Shown here: positions 41,175 to 54,800 of the stretch, one piece after another | Layout of the letters: every line of letters begins with the position of its first letter | Numbering within the stretch: the first letter of the stretch is position 1 | Assembly (NCBI RefSeq): GCF_963676685.1 | Contig: NC_092346.1 | Span: forward strand, 35,526,001-35,590,000 | Direction: 5' to 3' | DNA from: Mytilus edulis | Lineage: Eukaryota | Length of the DNA stretch: 64,000 nt | Made by a program: the position numbers and the translations under genes | The notes under the pieces: model-generated | Database searches by the model: none | What the model saw: only the letters and a program-made list of their open reading frames with translations | What the model was told of the DNA's origin: nothing

Positions 41175-41703
41175 TCCTTTGCAGCTCCAGCTCAATCAAT
41201 TCATTTAATGAATATTAATCATGTACATAAAGTGAAGGAAGATTTTATTTTTGTTTTGATTGAACTGGTTATAAGGAGCCAACTGTAAATATAAATGCTT
41301 ACCCTCCAGATAGGAGGCTTTGTGTGTATACTGTGTATAAAGAATATGTATTTCATACCAAATTGTTTAGAGGGAAACATGAACCATTACTTTTAAGTAA
41401 TGTGAAACCACATCAGCCTGTTTCAAGAGATACAATTTCTAGATGGATAAAAGTAGTAATGGCAAAAGCTAATATTGACAAAGATGAATGCATTACCTAT
41501 TTCTCATATCTTACAAAAAGCAGGATGGTCAGATGCAAAAACATTTGCAAAATTTTATAATAAAAAGATTGAAAAAGATGAATTTTTTTTCAGCTTTAAT
41601 GTGTTGAAGAATTAATCATAAGGTAAGACATAATATATTTCTTATCTTTAGTATTCAGTTTTATCATTATGGCTATAAAGTCTCATTTAAAGACATAATG
41701 ATA
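41175..41703 (+). mobile_element. Fragment of a DIRS1-like tyrosine recombinase, inserted in unit C
   Basis: Translates to ...DRRLCVYTVYKEY...KPHQPVSRDTISRWIKVVMAKANID and, after a frame change, AGWSDAKTFAKFYNKKI. Flanked by direct repeat AAGAATAT (41167-41174, 41704-41711); absent in A and B. Confidence 0.7.
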
Positions 41704-41910
41704 AAGAATATGTTAAACTGTTTTGTTTCTTAATATGCTTAGAACAACATGTCAATTTTTAAAAATATGATCGGTTCTCTTTTCCCCCTATATCAAAAAT
41801 ATTCAATTCATTATTGTTTAATAAATTATGAAGAACAGGCATGGATAAATGCATAATGTATTGAATTTTTTCACAGCACCATATATATTGAATATTTGTT
41901 ATTTTATTGA

Positions 41911-44900
41911 AACTAGAGGCTCTAAAGAGCCTGTGTCGCTCACCTTGGTCTATGTGAATATTAAAGGAAGCAGATGGATTCATGACAAAATTGTGTTTTT
42001 GGTGATGGTGATGTGTTTGTACATCTTACTTTACTGAACATTCTTGCTGCTTAAAATAATCTCTATCTGTAATGAACTTGGCCCATTAGTTTCAGTGGAA
42101 AATGTTAGTAAAAATTTACAAATTTTATGAAAATTGTTAAAAATTGACTATAAAGAACAATAACTCCTAAGGTGGTCAATTGACCATTTCGGTCATGTTG
42201 ACTTATTTGTAAATCTTACTTTGCTGAACATTATTGTTGTTTACAGTTTATCTCTATCAATAATAATATTCAAGATAATGACCAAAAACAGCAAAATTTC
42301 CTTAAAACTAACAATTCAGGGTCAGCAACCCAACAACAGGTTGTCCGATTCATCTAAAAATTTCAGAGCAGATAAATGTTGACCTGATAAACAATTTTAC
42401 CCCATGTCAGATTTGCTCTAAATGCTTTGGGTTTTGAGTTATAAGCCAAAAACTGCATTTTACCCCATGTTCTATTTTTAGCCATGGCGGCCATCTTGGT
42501 TGGATGGCCGGGTCACCGGACACATTTTTCAAACTACTAACCCAAAAGATGATTGTGGCCAAGTTTGGATTAATTTGGCCAAGTAGTTTCAGAGGAGAAG
42601 ATTTTTGTAAAAGATTACTAAGATTTACGAAAAATGGTTAAAAATTGACAATAAAGGGCAATAACTCCTAAAGGGGTCAACTGACCATTTCAGTAATGTT
42701 GACTTATTTGTAAATCTTACTTTGGTGAACATTATTGCTGTTTATAGTTTATCTCTATCTATAATAATATTCAAGATAATAACCCAAAACAGCAAAATTT
42801 CCTTTTAAAAATTACTAATTCAGGGCCAGCAACCCAACAACGGGTTGTCCAATTCATCTGAAAATTTCAGGGCAGATAGATATTGAACTGATAAACAATT
42901 TTACCCATGTCAGATTTGCTCTAAATGCTTTGGGTTTTGAGTTATAAGCCAAAAACTGCATTTTACCCCATGTTCTATTTTTAGCCATGGCGGCCATCTT
43001 GGTTTGATGGCCGGATCACCGGACACATTTTTCAAACTACTAACCCAAAAGATGATTGTGGCCAAGTTTGGATTAATTTGGCCCAGTAGTTTCAGAGGAG
43101 AAGATTTTTGTAAAATATTACTAAGATTTACGAACTAGAGGCTCTAAAGAGCCTGTGTCGCTCACCTTGGTATATGTGAATATTAAACAAAGGACGCAGA
43201 TAGATTCATGACAAAATTATGTTTTGGTGATTGTGATGTGTTTGTACATCTTACTTTACTGAACATTCTTGCTGCTTACAATTATCTCTATTTATAATGA
43301 ACTTGGCCAAGTAGTTTCAGTGGAAAATGTTTGTAAAAATTTACAAATTTTATGAAATTTTTTAAAAATTGACTATAAAGGACATTAACTCCTTAGGGGG
43401 TCAATTGACCATTTCAGTCATGTTGACTTATTTGTAAATCTTACTTTTCTGAACATTATTGCTGTTTACAGGTTATCTCTATCTATAATAGTATTCAAGA
43501 TAATAACCAAAAACAGCAAAATTTCCTTAAAATTACCAATTCAGGGGCAGCAACCTAACAACCAGTTGTCCAATTCATCTGAAAATTTTAGAGCAGATAG
43601 ATCTGGACTTGATAAACAATTTCTCCCACCTGTCAGATTTGCTCTAAATGCTTTGGTTTTTAAGTTCTAAGCCCAAAACTGCATTTTACCCCTATGTTCT
43701 ATTTTTAGCCATGGCGGCCATCTTGGTTGGTTGGCCGGGTGACTGGACACAATTTTTTAAACAAGATACCCCAATGATGATTATGACCAAGTTTGATTTT
43801 ATTTGGCCCAGTAGTTTCAGAGGAGATTTTTGTAAAGTTTACTAATATTTACGAAAAATGGTTAAACATTGACTATAAAGGGCAATTACTCCTAAAGTGG
43901 TCAACTGACCATTTTTGTCTTGTTGACTTATTTGTAGATCTTACTTTGCTGAACATTATTGCTGTTTACAGTTTATCTCTATCTATAATAATATTCAAGA
44001 TAATAACCAAAAACAGCAAAATTTCCTTAAAATTACCATTTCAGGGGCAGCAACCCAACAACGAAATTAAATGTCCGATTCATCTGAAAATTTCAGGGAA
44101 GATAGATCTTGACCTGTTACAATATTACCACACATCAGATTTGCTCTAAATGCTTTGATTTTTGAGTTATAAGCCAAAAACTGCATTTTACCCTTATGTT
44201 CTATTTTTAGCCATGGCGGCCATCTTGGTTGGTTGGCCTGGTCACCGGACACATTTTTTAAACTAGATACCCCAATGATGATTATGGCCAAGTTTGGTTA
44301 AATTTGGCCCAGTAGTTTCAGAGGAGAAGATTTTTCTAAAAGATTACTAAGATTTACGAACTAGAGGCTCTCAAGAGCCTGTGTCGCTCACCTGTTAATG
44401 TGTTTACTGATGTCGGCCATCTTCGTTGGTAGGCGGGGTCATTAGACACTTTTTAAAAAAAATAGATACCCTAGTATTATGAGTGTGGCCAAGTTTGGTT
44501 AAATTTGGCCAAGTCGTTTTAGAAAAGATTTTTATACAAGTTACAAAAATGACGAAAAGTTGTTCAATATTGACTATAAAGGGCAATAACTCCTTAAGGG
44601 GTCCTCTAACAATTTTGATCACGCTGACTTATTTGTAGATCTTACTTTGCTGAACATTATTGCTGTTTACAGTTTATCTCTATCTATAATAGTATTCAAG
44701 ATAATAACCAAAAACTGCAAAATTTCCTTAAAATCACCAATTTTAGGGCAGCAACCCAACAACAGGTTGTCCTATTCGTCTGAAAATTTCAAGGCAGATA
44801 GATCTTGACCTGATCAACCATTTTACCCTTTGTCAGATTTGCTCTAAATGCTTTGGTTTTTGAGTTATTAGCCAAAAACTGCATTTTACCCCTATGTTCT

Positions 44901-45150
44901 ATTTTTAGCCATGGCGGCCATCTTGGTTGGTTTGACGGGTCACGCCACACATTTTTTAAACTAGATACCCCAAGGATGATTGTGGCCAAGTTTGGTAGAA
45001 TTTGGCCCAGTAGTTTCAGAGGAGAAGATTTTTGTAAAAGTTTACGGACGACGGACGACGGACGACAGACGACGGACGCAGGACGACGGACGACGGACGC
45101 CAAGTGATGAGAAAAGCTCACTTGACCTTTCAGGTCAGGTGAGCTAAAAA
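41911..45150 (-). mobile_element. Composite HINE (Helentron-associated), specific to unit C
   Basis: One end TAGCTCACCTGACCTGAAAGGTCAAGTGAGC plus (GAC/GGAC)n microsatellite at 45045-45146; hairpin ends AACTAGAGGCTCTAAAGAGCCTGTGTCGCTCACCT at 41911, 43133 and 44359; internal ~500-bp repeats; sits in an A-run (empty site ~21600). Confidence 0.88.
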
Positions 45151-47123
45151 AAACAAATTATTTGATATAACTTTTTGAATGAGAACAGCTGATAAAAAAG
45201 CAGAGAACATACCCCATCCTCTGTTTGGATTTTCCTCCCTTTCTTGATTTTCTGTGGCATTAATTTGTCCACATATTTACGTGTCTCTTCATCCCCATTA
45301 TCTGCCTGTAAATAAAAATAGTAGGTTAAATTATAGGTGAAACAAACCTGCATAGGTTAATTTTATACATGACTTTGAAGTGGTCGAAATACTTAAATAT
45401 CATTGATCATTAATTAACCTATCAACATTGAGGTTGTGACTTGTGCGTTCTGACAAGCTCTTTTGACAGATCATAATTTCAAAGAATCACCAGTTTTCTT
45501 TCCATTATATGAAATTTAGAAAACCGTTTTGTTTTTTAAAGAGAAAATGAAAAAATTCTTTATTTTGTTTGGACATTAAGTGAGAAGTTACCATCAACAC
45601 TGATGCAACTATGTCAACAGTCCATTAAGGTCAATTTAATTTTAATAAGAATTTGAAAATTACCAAAATTTATATAATGTTCAGTTTACAGGAGACCACA
45701 TGCTATCAATCACCAATGGAACTTTTTACAAGTCATGTTTGGTTCAAACTTTTTCATGCGCAAGAAGAAAAGATCTTTATATATTTTAAAATATAAACAA
45801 CTTATTTCTCAAAGTCCTTCACCTAAAAAGAGCAACATTGACGTTCTAGTCCTCAGTCTTTTCGGAAAAAATGACTTGAATAGTCTTCAATAAGGTATAA
45901 GGATAATTGTGGAAAAGGAAAGATAACTCTGATTTCAAATACTACTTAAACATGTTCAGAACTAAAGCAAGATTCATGCATCATGCACAGTTAATTTAAT
46001 TTTTTTGATATGCATGGCTATATACATACACATTATTTTGTATATTAATAATTTGAGTATATTTTATTAGTAAATTTCTTGAAATGTTTAGTGTTAGGAG
46101 TATAAGGGTTCTTATTGCAAAATAGTACAAAAATCTTTATTGAATGGCAATAACTCTCAGGAGAAGTCATCAAATGGTTACAATCATGAAAAAGACATTA
46201 TGCAAATCTTGTATTTCTGATCATTTTTGCAGTTGTTTCAAATTAGACAAAAGTAATCATTTCAGAGCAATATCTCCTTAATATAAGGATTAGTCATATC
46301 AACATTTTACTGACTTTTGCAATGCTAATATCATTTTGATTTTTGTTATATATATGTTATTAACATTTGCAATATTAAGCAATTTAGGTTGTATATATTT
46401 ATTTAACATAATGATTGTTTACAATCAGTGTACATTATATACCAAGTTCATACCAAATGACAATAAAAATTAAATCAGAATTATCTATTTCTAGTAAAAT
46501 TGCATATATTTGGAATCAGTTTCTACTATCTAAGATTGTACTATTGTGCCAAAACTAAAAAAAAATCATTAAGGCAATTAAAGTAGTCTTCCCATTAAGT
46601 TCATTTATCAGACAGTTTTGTCATTTAAATGTAACACCTCTGATAATGTCCCATTTTTCTATGCTCATGAGGTGCACTTTATATAAGAGGCTACTATATT
46701 TAATTAGTATAATAAAAACTAACATTGTTCCTTTGGGTTAAGGTAGACACTAGGTATGTTCCATGCAGGATAGTCTAATATAGGTGCTATGTTTAACATA
46801 GGTCAACAAGTAATTTTTAGTGGTGAAGATGTCAGTTGATTGTCAAAGTCATGAGACACCTTTCATGTAAAGTTTAAATGGGATATTAAAATTAAGTGAT
46901 TTCAAAACGTCAGTTTAGGTCAGCTTATCTGTGAATATCATGTGATATGTAACAGATATTGTATTTATCTGTGTTCACAATCATAAACTTAAATTTTAAA
47001 CAATCAATAAACTAAATGATCACTCTTATCATGGTATCAGTATGTTAAATTTAACTTATTTATAGTAACAAACTTAAAAATAGATCAAACAAGGAAGTGA
47101 AATACCTGACACACCTAACAAAG

Positions 47124-48818
47124 ATGGCTTCCTCTGAAGTGGTTGGAGGGGGTCAAGTTCCTATTAATTGTAAATTATGCAAAACAGATAGACCAATACA
47201 GTGGAAATGCACAGACTGCATTATTCTGATGTGTGGGTATTGCAAGGACAATGTTCATTCTCAATTCAAAAATGCACTTGATCATAAGATCATCAATAAA
47301 GAAGAGATTGGACTGCATAGTGAAGAACTGGATTTTACCAATATTAAATGTGATGACCACGCTGGACAATCATCATGTCTTTACTGTAATACATGTGACG
47401 TTCTCGTTTGTCCAACCTGTGTTGCTAAAGTTCATAAAAGGCATGATTTAATTGAAATTAGTGACGAATACAAATTGAAAGTTGAGAGACTAAAAAAAGG
47501 ACAAAGTAAAATGCAGAAGAGTAATTCTAACATGAAAGCAAAGAAAGATGAGCTCAATAGACTAGTATCAGCTGAAAATTCAAAGTATTCAAAAGTAAGA
47601 CAAGATATAGTTAGTCATGAGAAAACTGTAAAAGAACAAGTAGAAAAATATTTTAAGGAACTCATAAATAAATTGGATCAAAGCCACGAAACTGTTTTAA
47701 CATCAGTCAAAACAGATTTGAACGCCATATCAGTATTTACCAACCAAACAAATGACAAAATCAAGCAAGTCCAGGATTTTATTGACATTTCCAATGCTTC
47801 TGAATTGTTCAAGGAGGTTAAAACAATGGAGAAATCCACAGAAATCCAAGAACCACAAACCAAGCCAAGCTACAAATCATCACCAAAATTTGTTCCAGGA
47901 AATGTTACCCAATCAAACATTGGATCGCTACAAGATGATGGAAACTTGTCAGCAGAAATAAACATCTCCCTAGTCATCAACGATACATATCAGACTGAAC
48001 TTGAAAGAATAGCATTTGTAAGTCCATGTATTGACCAGTCAATTTGGATAAGTTCTGGTGCTTATAAGGTGTTACAAAGAGTAAAACCTGAAGACATCAA
48101 TCTGAAGGTTATATCTAAATTTGACATTACCCATAATGTATATGGCATGGCAGTTACTCCATCTCATCAACTCCTTCTGAGTGTTATAGGGAAAACAAGG
48201 TTACAACAAATCAGCAGTAGTGGTGAACTGATGGATTCTATTTATGATCTAACACCTTTCTATCCCAAAGCCGTCCATGTAATCAGTGACAATAAACTTA
48301 TAGTAGCAGCTAGTAATAATAAACTAAAAAGAAGTGCTGTGATCATAATGAACAAAAAAGGAGACAAGAAGACTGTATATGAACACGATGAACATAATCA
48401 ACCTTTATTTAATAAACCTAGGTATATAACAACCACCAGTAATGAAAATATACATGTAGTGGATAAGATTTCAGATGATTGGAGTGGTAAAGTAGTGATC
48501 TTAGGACAAGAAGGAAACATAATAAACCAGTATACAGGTCATCCAACTATCAATAAAAGTGAACCATTCATACCAGTAGACATTGTGACAACACCAAGTG
48601 ACAATGTTGTTGTGATAGATCTGGATACCAAAATCTTACACATCCTCAATGACAATGGTCATTTGATTTCATATTTCAATACAAAGGACATAGGAATAGA
48701 ATTTCCATATTCTCTAGCCTTCAACACAACTGGACAACTTTATATAGGATGCAATAAGGCTGCAGGTAGTCAAACTAAAGAAGCAAAACTATATGTAATA
48801 AACATTGCAGGAATCTAA
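47124..48818 (+). CDS. RING-less TRIM-like protein copy 3, 564 aa, nested antisense in a CRNKL1 intron
   Basis: Uninterrupted ORF from ATG 47124; same domain motifs as copies 1 and 2. Confidence 0.9.
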   Translation: MASSEVVGGGQVPINCKLCKTDRPIQWKCTDCIILMCGYCKDNVHSQFKNALDHKIINKEEIGLHSEELDFTNIKCDDHAGQSSCLYCNTCDVLVCPTCVAKVHKRHDLIEISDEYKLKVERLKKGQSKMQKSNSNMKAKKDELNRLVSAENSKYSKVRQDIVSHEKTVKEQVEKYFKELINKLDQSHETVLTSVKTDLNAISVFTNQTNDKIKQVQDFIDISNASELFKEVKTMEKSTEIQEPQTKPSYKSSPKFVPGNVTQSNIGSLQDDGNLSAEINISLVINDTYQTELERIAFVSPCIDQSIWISSGAYKVLQRVKPEDINLKVISKFDITHNVYGMAVTPSHQLLLSVIGKTRLQQISSSGELMDSIYDLTPFYPKAVHVISDNKLIVAASNNKLKRSAVIIMNKKGDKKTVYEHDEHNQPLFNKPRYITTTSNENIHVVDKISDDWSGKVVILGQEGNIINQYTGHPTINKSEPFIPVDIVTTPSDNVVVIDLDTKILHILNDNGHLISYFNTKDIGIEFPYSLAFNTTGQLYIGCNKAAGSQTKEAKLYVINIAGI

Positions 48819-50215
48819 AATATTCAAACAAATCTTAAAAAGAAACTTGAGAAAATAGGCAAAAAGTTTTCATGTCATCTGAAAACTGAACCATAAAACT
48901 TAAATAAAAAGATAAAATCAAAACAACACTTAATAAATTAAAAGCATCTGAAACTCTTTTCTTACCGTAGCTACATAAGGAACTCTGAAAGTCCAGTGTA
49001 TAAAAGCCTATGAATCTACTTCAAATTAGGAAATAATAACTCATCATTACTCCATTTACCACTTGTCTTCCTTTATGATGTCATCTTCTTAAGTTTTGTA
49101 CATTTTTCTCAGTAGTTAATGGATTTAGAAGATTTCGTTATGTCTAATGATAGTGTATGCACCAAATGTTCAATTGAAAAAAGCAACAGAAGAGTTCCTA
49201 ATTTTTAAGTGCAATCATACAGAGCAGATATACATGTTTTCACTAAATATGTTATTCATATGGAGAATATCATAGTGCATTCCAGGCCTTCAAAATAAAA
49301 TGTCTGATATTCTGTATACAGAGGTATTAGCTAAAGTGCAATTTCATTATCACAGATCTGAATCATTTATTGAAAAATCTGTGAAAATCAAATAAATCCA
49401 TTTTTACGGCAAATAATTATGAAATTAATGAAAAGTGATTTTTTTTCTTCATAAAAATAGTTTCATAGTTAATTCGTGCATGCACATTAAAAAAAAATAA
49501 TTTTGGACTGGAAAACTGTAAATAAATGTGACAAACATTTGAAAAGTTATTGGATGCCTGATGATGATCTGTAATGGACACATACAATACTTATATCAAA
49601 ACACATGTACTAATTTACTGATCATGAACTAATAGAATTGTAACTTATTTCTACAATCAAGATGAAGAACTATGACAATTGTGTTATCCTATTGGATATA
49701 TACCTATTTGGAACATGATATTCACAGTGTGCTAGTGGAAATCAGGCAGAACTATGAAGTATGAACCTTTTGTCGCTTATTACATTTCCGATGATTTGTG
49801 AAACAGACTATTTACCAGAACATTAAATTTCTATGAACAATCTATTCTAATGTCATTTACAGAAATGGAAATTAGCTTTGAACATGAAATACAATATGAC
49901 CATGATGACAGTATGCTGTGTGAAAATTAAAACATTCCCTTTGATTATTGTGATTTGTTAAATTATTTTTTTTTCATTTATTAAGGTTTTATATAATTTT
50001 TCAAACTATATTTAGCAAGAGGGAAATATAGTAGTGTTGATTTTCATAAAAGCTTGAAGTGTTACATTTTGAATAATTTTCAGTATTTTACAGTAACTAT
50101 TTTTTTTAAATTAGAATTGCATACTTAGAATTTAGCTTTAAATAATAGGTGTTGATTTTGATAGCAGTAGTTAAGAATGGGCATTTATTGTTATTTCACA
50201 TAACTTGAGAATAAG

Positions 50216-50598
50216 CAATCTAATTAAAAACCAATCTCTCATCGCTCCTGTTTCTGATATGTCGCGTGGGAGATCTAACGAAACCAGCTTTGAGGTCACA
50301 TGTGAGTGAACTAAAAGTCATGAATTTATAAAGATATGCAAATGAGTTGACGACCTATTAATAAGCCAATCAAAAAAGTTTATGAATTATTATGACTGAC
50401 GATTTCGTCGTAAATGAAATGAGTTACATCCCTTTGCCTTACGTTAAACTTCCAAGATCGTGGAAGACTCGATTTCATTGGTCGAAAAAGACACACCTAC
50501 GAGGTCACTCACATGTGACCTCAAAGCCGGTTTCGTTAGATCTCCCACGCGACATATCAGAAACCGGAGCGAATAGAGATCGGTTTTTAATTAGATTG
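50216..50598. mobile_element. MITE with 94-bp TIRs, specific to unit C
   Basis: TIRs 50216-50309 / 50505-50598 (CAATCTAATTAAAAACC...); TSD AGA(T)ATAAG of 8-9 bp; empty site CTTGAGATATAAGGGG at 11161 and ~27210. Confidence 0.88.
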
Positions 50599-51075
50599 AG
50601 ATATAAGGGGCATATATACAATACTGTCAGAAGGGAGTTAATAATTTTGCTAACATAAATGTAGGTTTTTTTGTGACGTTATAATGTGACATATTGGGGA
50701 AAATGTGCATGGACCCCTCTTTTTGATTATTAAATGTACCATTTTTTATGAACAAATCACAGATGATTTTTTTCAACTTAAACAAATATTCAACGAAAAT
50801 GCTATTTTTTTCTTAAATCTTGAAAATTTTATTTTTCCAATTCATTGTTACATAAATTTAGAGCACACTTGTCCACAAAATATTCTTTTTTTCTTCCTTT
50901 AAATCCACTGATCTTTTGTCACAAAACATTTAGAGATGTTTTTAGTAAATGTCTAATATTTCAAATGCATTTATCTCTAATATTAGAAGAACTGAAAGAT
51001 ATCTTATTTTCTATTACATATTGGAATTGACTAGGCATTCTAGATGTAAAATAGCTTGTATGTATTCATATTTAA

Positions 51076-51881
51076 AACTAGAGGCTCTAAAGAGCCTGTG
51101 TCGCTCACCTTGGTCTATGTGAATATTAAAGGAAGCAGATGGATTCATGACAAAATTGTGTTTTGGTGATGGTGATGTGTTTGTACATCTTACTTTACTG
51201 AACATTCTTGCTGCTTAAATTATCTCTATCTATAATGAACTTGGCCCATTAGTTTCAGTGGAAAATGTTAGTAAAAATTTACAAATTTTATGAAAATTGT
51301 TAAAAATTGACTATAAAGAACAATAACTCCTAAGGGGGTCAATTGACCATTTCGGTCATGTTGACTTATTTGTAAATCTTACTTTGCTGAACATTATTGT
51401 TGTTTACAGTTTATCTCTATCAATAATAATATTCAAGATGATGACCAAAAACAGCAAAATTTCCTTAAAATTACCATTTCAGGGGCAGCAACCCAGCAAT
51501 GAAATGTCCGATTCATCTGAAAATTTCAGGGCAGATAGATCTTGACCTGATGAACAATATTACCCCCATGTCAGATTTGCTCTAAATGCTTTGGTTTTTG
51601 AGTTATAAGCCAAAAACTGCATTTTACCCCTATGTTCTTTTTTTAGCCATGGGGGCCATCTTGGTTGGTTGGCCGGGTCACCAGACACATTTTTTAAACT
51701 AGATACCCCAATGAGGATTGTGGCCAAGTTTGGTTACATTTGGCCCAGTAGTTTCAGAGGAGAAGATTTTTGTAAAAGTTAACGCAGGACGTTGACGGAC
51801 GACGACGACAGACGCCGATGACGGACGCCGGACGCCAAGTGATGAGAAAAGCTCACTTGGCCTTTCGGCCAGGTGAGCTAA
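51076..51881 (-). mobile_element. HINE, same family as 41911-45150
   Basis: Same hairpin end, GCTCACCT/AGGTGAGC sub-TIRs and (GAC)n tract; replaces ~295 bp present in A (11641-11935) and in B. Confidence 0.88.
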
Positions 51882-54800
51882 GAAGTTGTTTCAGGCTCAG
51901 TTATCTATTTTTTTTCAGTTGGTTTGACATTTATGTAAATCTTATATTGCTGTTTACAGTTTTTGGGATCTGCTTACCCATCCAGGACACCTGTTGTGAG
52001 ATCACGCCCAGTTTTTGGTGGGGTTTGTGTTGCTTAGTCGTTTTCTAGGGTGTGTCTATATATCATTGTTTGTCTTTCAGTCATTTTCCTTTTTTGGCAA
52101 AAGTGTTGTCAATTTATTTTTGACTGTGGTATGGGCTTTGTTCATTGTTGAAGGTCGTACAGTGACCTTTAGTTGTTAATGTCTGTGTCATTTTGGTCTT
52201 TTGTGGATAATTGTCTCATTGGCAATCATACCACATCTTCTTTTTTGTATTATTAATTTGAATGTTACTTTGGTATATTTTGCTTCTCTTTACCTACACA
52301 TTATTTTGTTTTTGAGTTGATAGTCAAAATTAGCCTCATGCAATGACTCATTTTAGTCATCCAAAGGTTTTGGTTAAATGGGCATTTTTTTTATATATCT
52401 TATAGTTCTGTTCATTTTTTATTTACTAGTTTCTATCTATCAAACATGATTTTGAGTTATTGGCCAAAAAGAGGCATACTAGCCTAAAATTGACATCTGA
52501 AGGCAATCTGGTAATTTTGATGCAAACAGGAAGAAAATAGAGATTGTGGATCCAAGCATTTGTGTCCCAGTTTGTTTCTTTTTAAAACAGTTCTAAAAAA
52601 AAAGAATGTGTTCATAATTCACAGATGTCCCACTGGCGCTATCTTTATGTTTAGTGGACCGTAAATTTAGGGTCACAACTCTCTAATTTGTCATTAAAAT
52701 TAGAAATATCAAACCAAAGGAAACATGTGTACTAAGTTTCAAGTTGATTGGACTTTAACTTCATCAAAAACTACCTTGACCAATAACTTAAACCTGAAAC
52801 AGGACAGACAGATGAATAGATGAACAGATGAAGAAATGGACAAAGGAACAGAAACAAAGACCAGAAAACATAATGCCCCATAGTTGTGGGGGCATAAAAA
52901 TAAAACCATTAATGAATTTTATCAATATCTTTTATCTTTAACCAAAGTGACCATGTTTGTTGACCACAAACTTTATATTATGATCATTCACTTAAGCTTG
53001 GCTGAAATTAGTTCAGTGGTTTCCCATTAGAAGATCTTTGATAAAGTTTACGACAATGCACAACCATGATGGAAGCCAAGTAATAGCAATAGCTCAGATA
53101 GCCTTTGAGCCAGTTGAGCTTAAAATTAAAGGGCAATCAAGAAGCCATGTAACCTCACAACCAGACTTTTATTCAGATTTCAAACTAAAAAAAAATCTTT
53201 TTGCTTCCTGATAGTAGAGGAATTTTATAGTCCTTTGTTTGACCTAGTCAGAGATGGAAGCAATCATTTCCTGTTTACATATTGTCAAAGAGGGTGTTTA
53301 AATCATCAAAAACTTTAAAGATGAACAAATGTAAAAGAAGTTATAGCTCTTATGGCCTTTGGGGTCGGTTAGCTTATGATTCATCGATTTTTAATATTAA
53401 AAACAACTTTCAGCAGACTTCTACTTCATTGCCACCACCTTTTATTGGTGGAGGAAGCAATATATAATGCAATTCTAGGCAAGAGTTCAACACACATTGC
53501 ACAAGAGTGGTTCAAAACCAAAACCTCAGTGTTGATAGACTGGTGATCACTGTAAATGAAACACTAAGACCACTCCATCACAAAGTAGCTGGTTGGCTTT
53601 AATACGAGTAAATCATTTTATTAAAGCTTTAATGAGTTAATCAATTTATTAAAGCTTTAATATGAGTAAATCAGTGTATTAAAGCTTTAACATGAGTTAA
53701 GCAATTTTTAAAACAGAATACTACTGTATGTCAAATTCTATTAGCAAATTTACCTCAAATTCCTGCCAAGATTCCAATAACATAAGTCTCTCTTCTTTTT
53801 CTCCTGTACTTTTCATAGCATTATTTGCCTCTTTGTACACAGTTCTGGCTTTTTCAATACAGCTGTCTTCTCCTGTTGTTTTCTAAAACTGACCAAAACT
53901 TATCAAAACCTGCAAAGAACAACCAAAGTCAAATTCTGATATTTTTTTAAAAGTTGGATCTAATTATAAAGCTCAACTTTGTAAGACAAGACAGGATACT
54001 AAAATTGAGAAAAGAAATTGGGACTGTGTCAAAGTGACAACAACCCTACCATAGAGCAGACAACAGCCAAAGGCCACCAATCGGTCTTCAATGTAGTGAG
54101 AATTCCCGCACCTGTAGGTGTCCTTCAGCTGGCCCCTAAAAATATGTATACTAGTACAGTGATAATGGATGTCATACTTAACACCGAATTATACACAAGA
54201 AACTAAAATTAAAAATCATCAAAATATCAAGACTAATAAAGGCCTGAGGCTCCTGACTTAGGACAGGCGCAAAAACTGTGGCGGGGTTAAACATGTTTAT
54301 GAGATCTCAACCCTCCCCCTATACCTCTAGCCAATGTAGAAAAGTAAACGTATAACAATACGCACATTAAAATTCAGTTCAAGAGAAGTCCGAGTCCGAT
54401 GTCAAAGATGTAATGGCTGATTTTAGCAAAGTCTTTAAAAGACCAAAGATAAATTCTGCTGCTTAAACAAGCATTTTAAATTATGTAAAGAAATCATGGC
54501 AGATCTAGTTTTAACTGCAAATACATGGTGATCTCCCCTCCTTTATATATTATTGTAGGATAAGATAAGACTACACAAATTAAGGAAGGGATAATTTAAA
54601 AAAACTATAAGATTTTATAGAACAAAATATGTTTTTTAGTTTAAAAAACAAATAAAAAACCCCCATTAAAAATCTTTTTGTAGAGATAAAGGGTAAGTAA
54701 ACCCCAAAAAACAAAACTTCATTAAAAATGTAAATAAATATAAGAAACAAATCTTGTGATCCTTTGGTTTGTATGGTGATTTTTCTCAAACTTGTCTGTC

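Noticed and set aside
43648-45121. Short ORFs inside the HINE
   Set aside because: They translate microsatellite and tandem-repeat DNA and show no Rep/helicase motifs.
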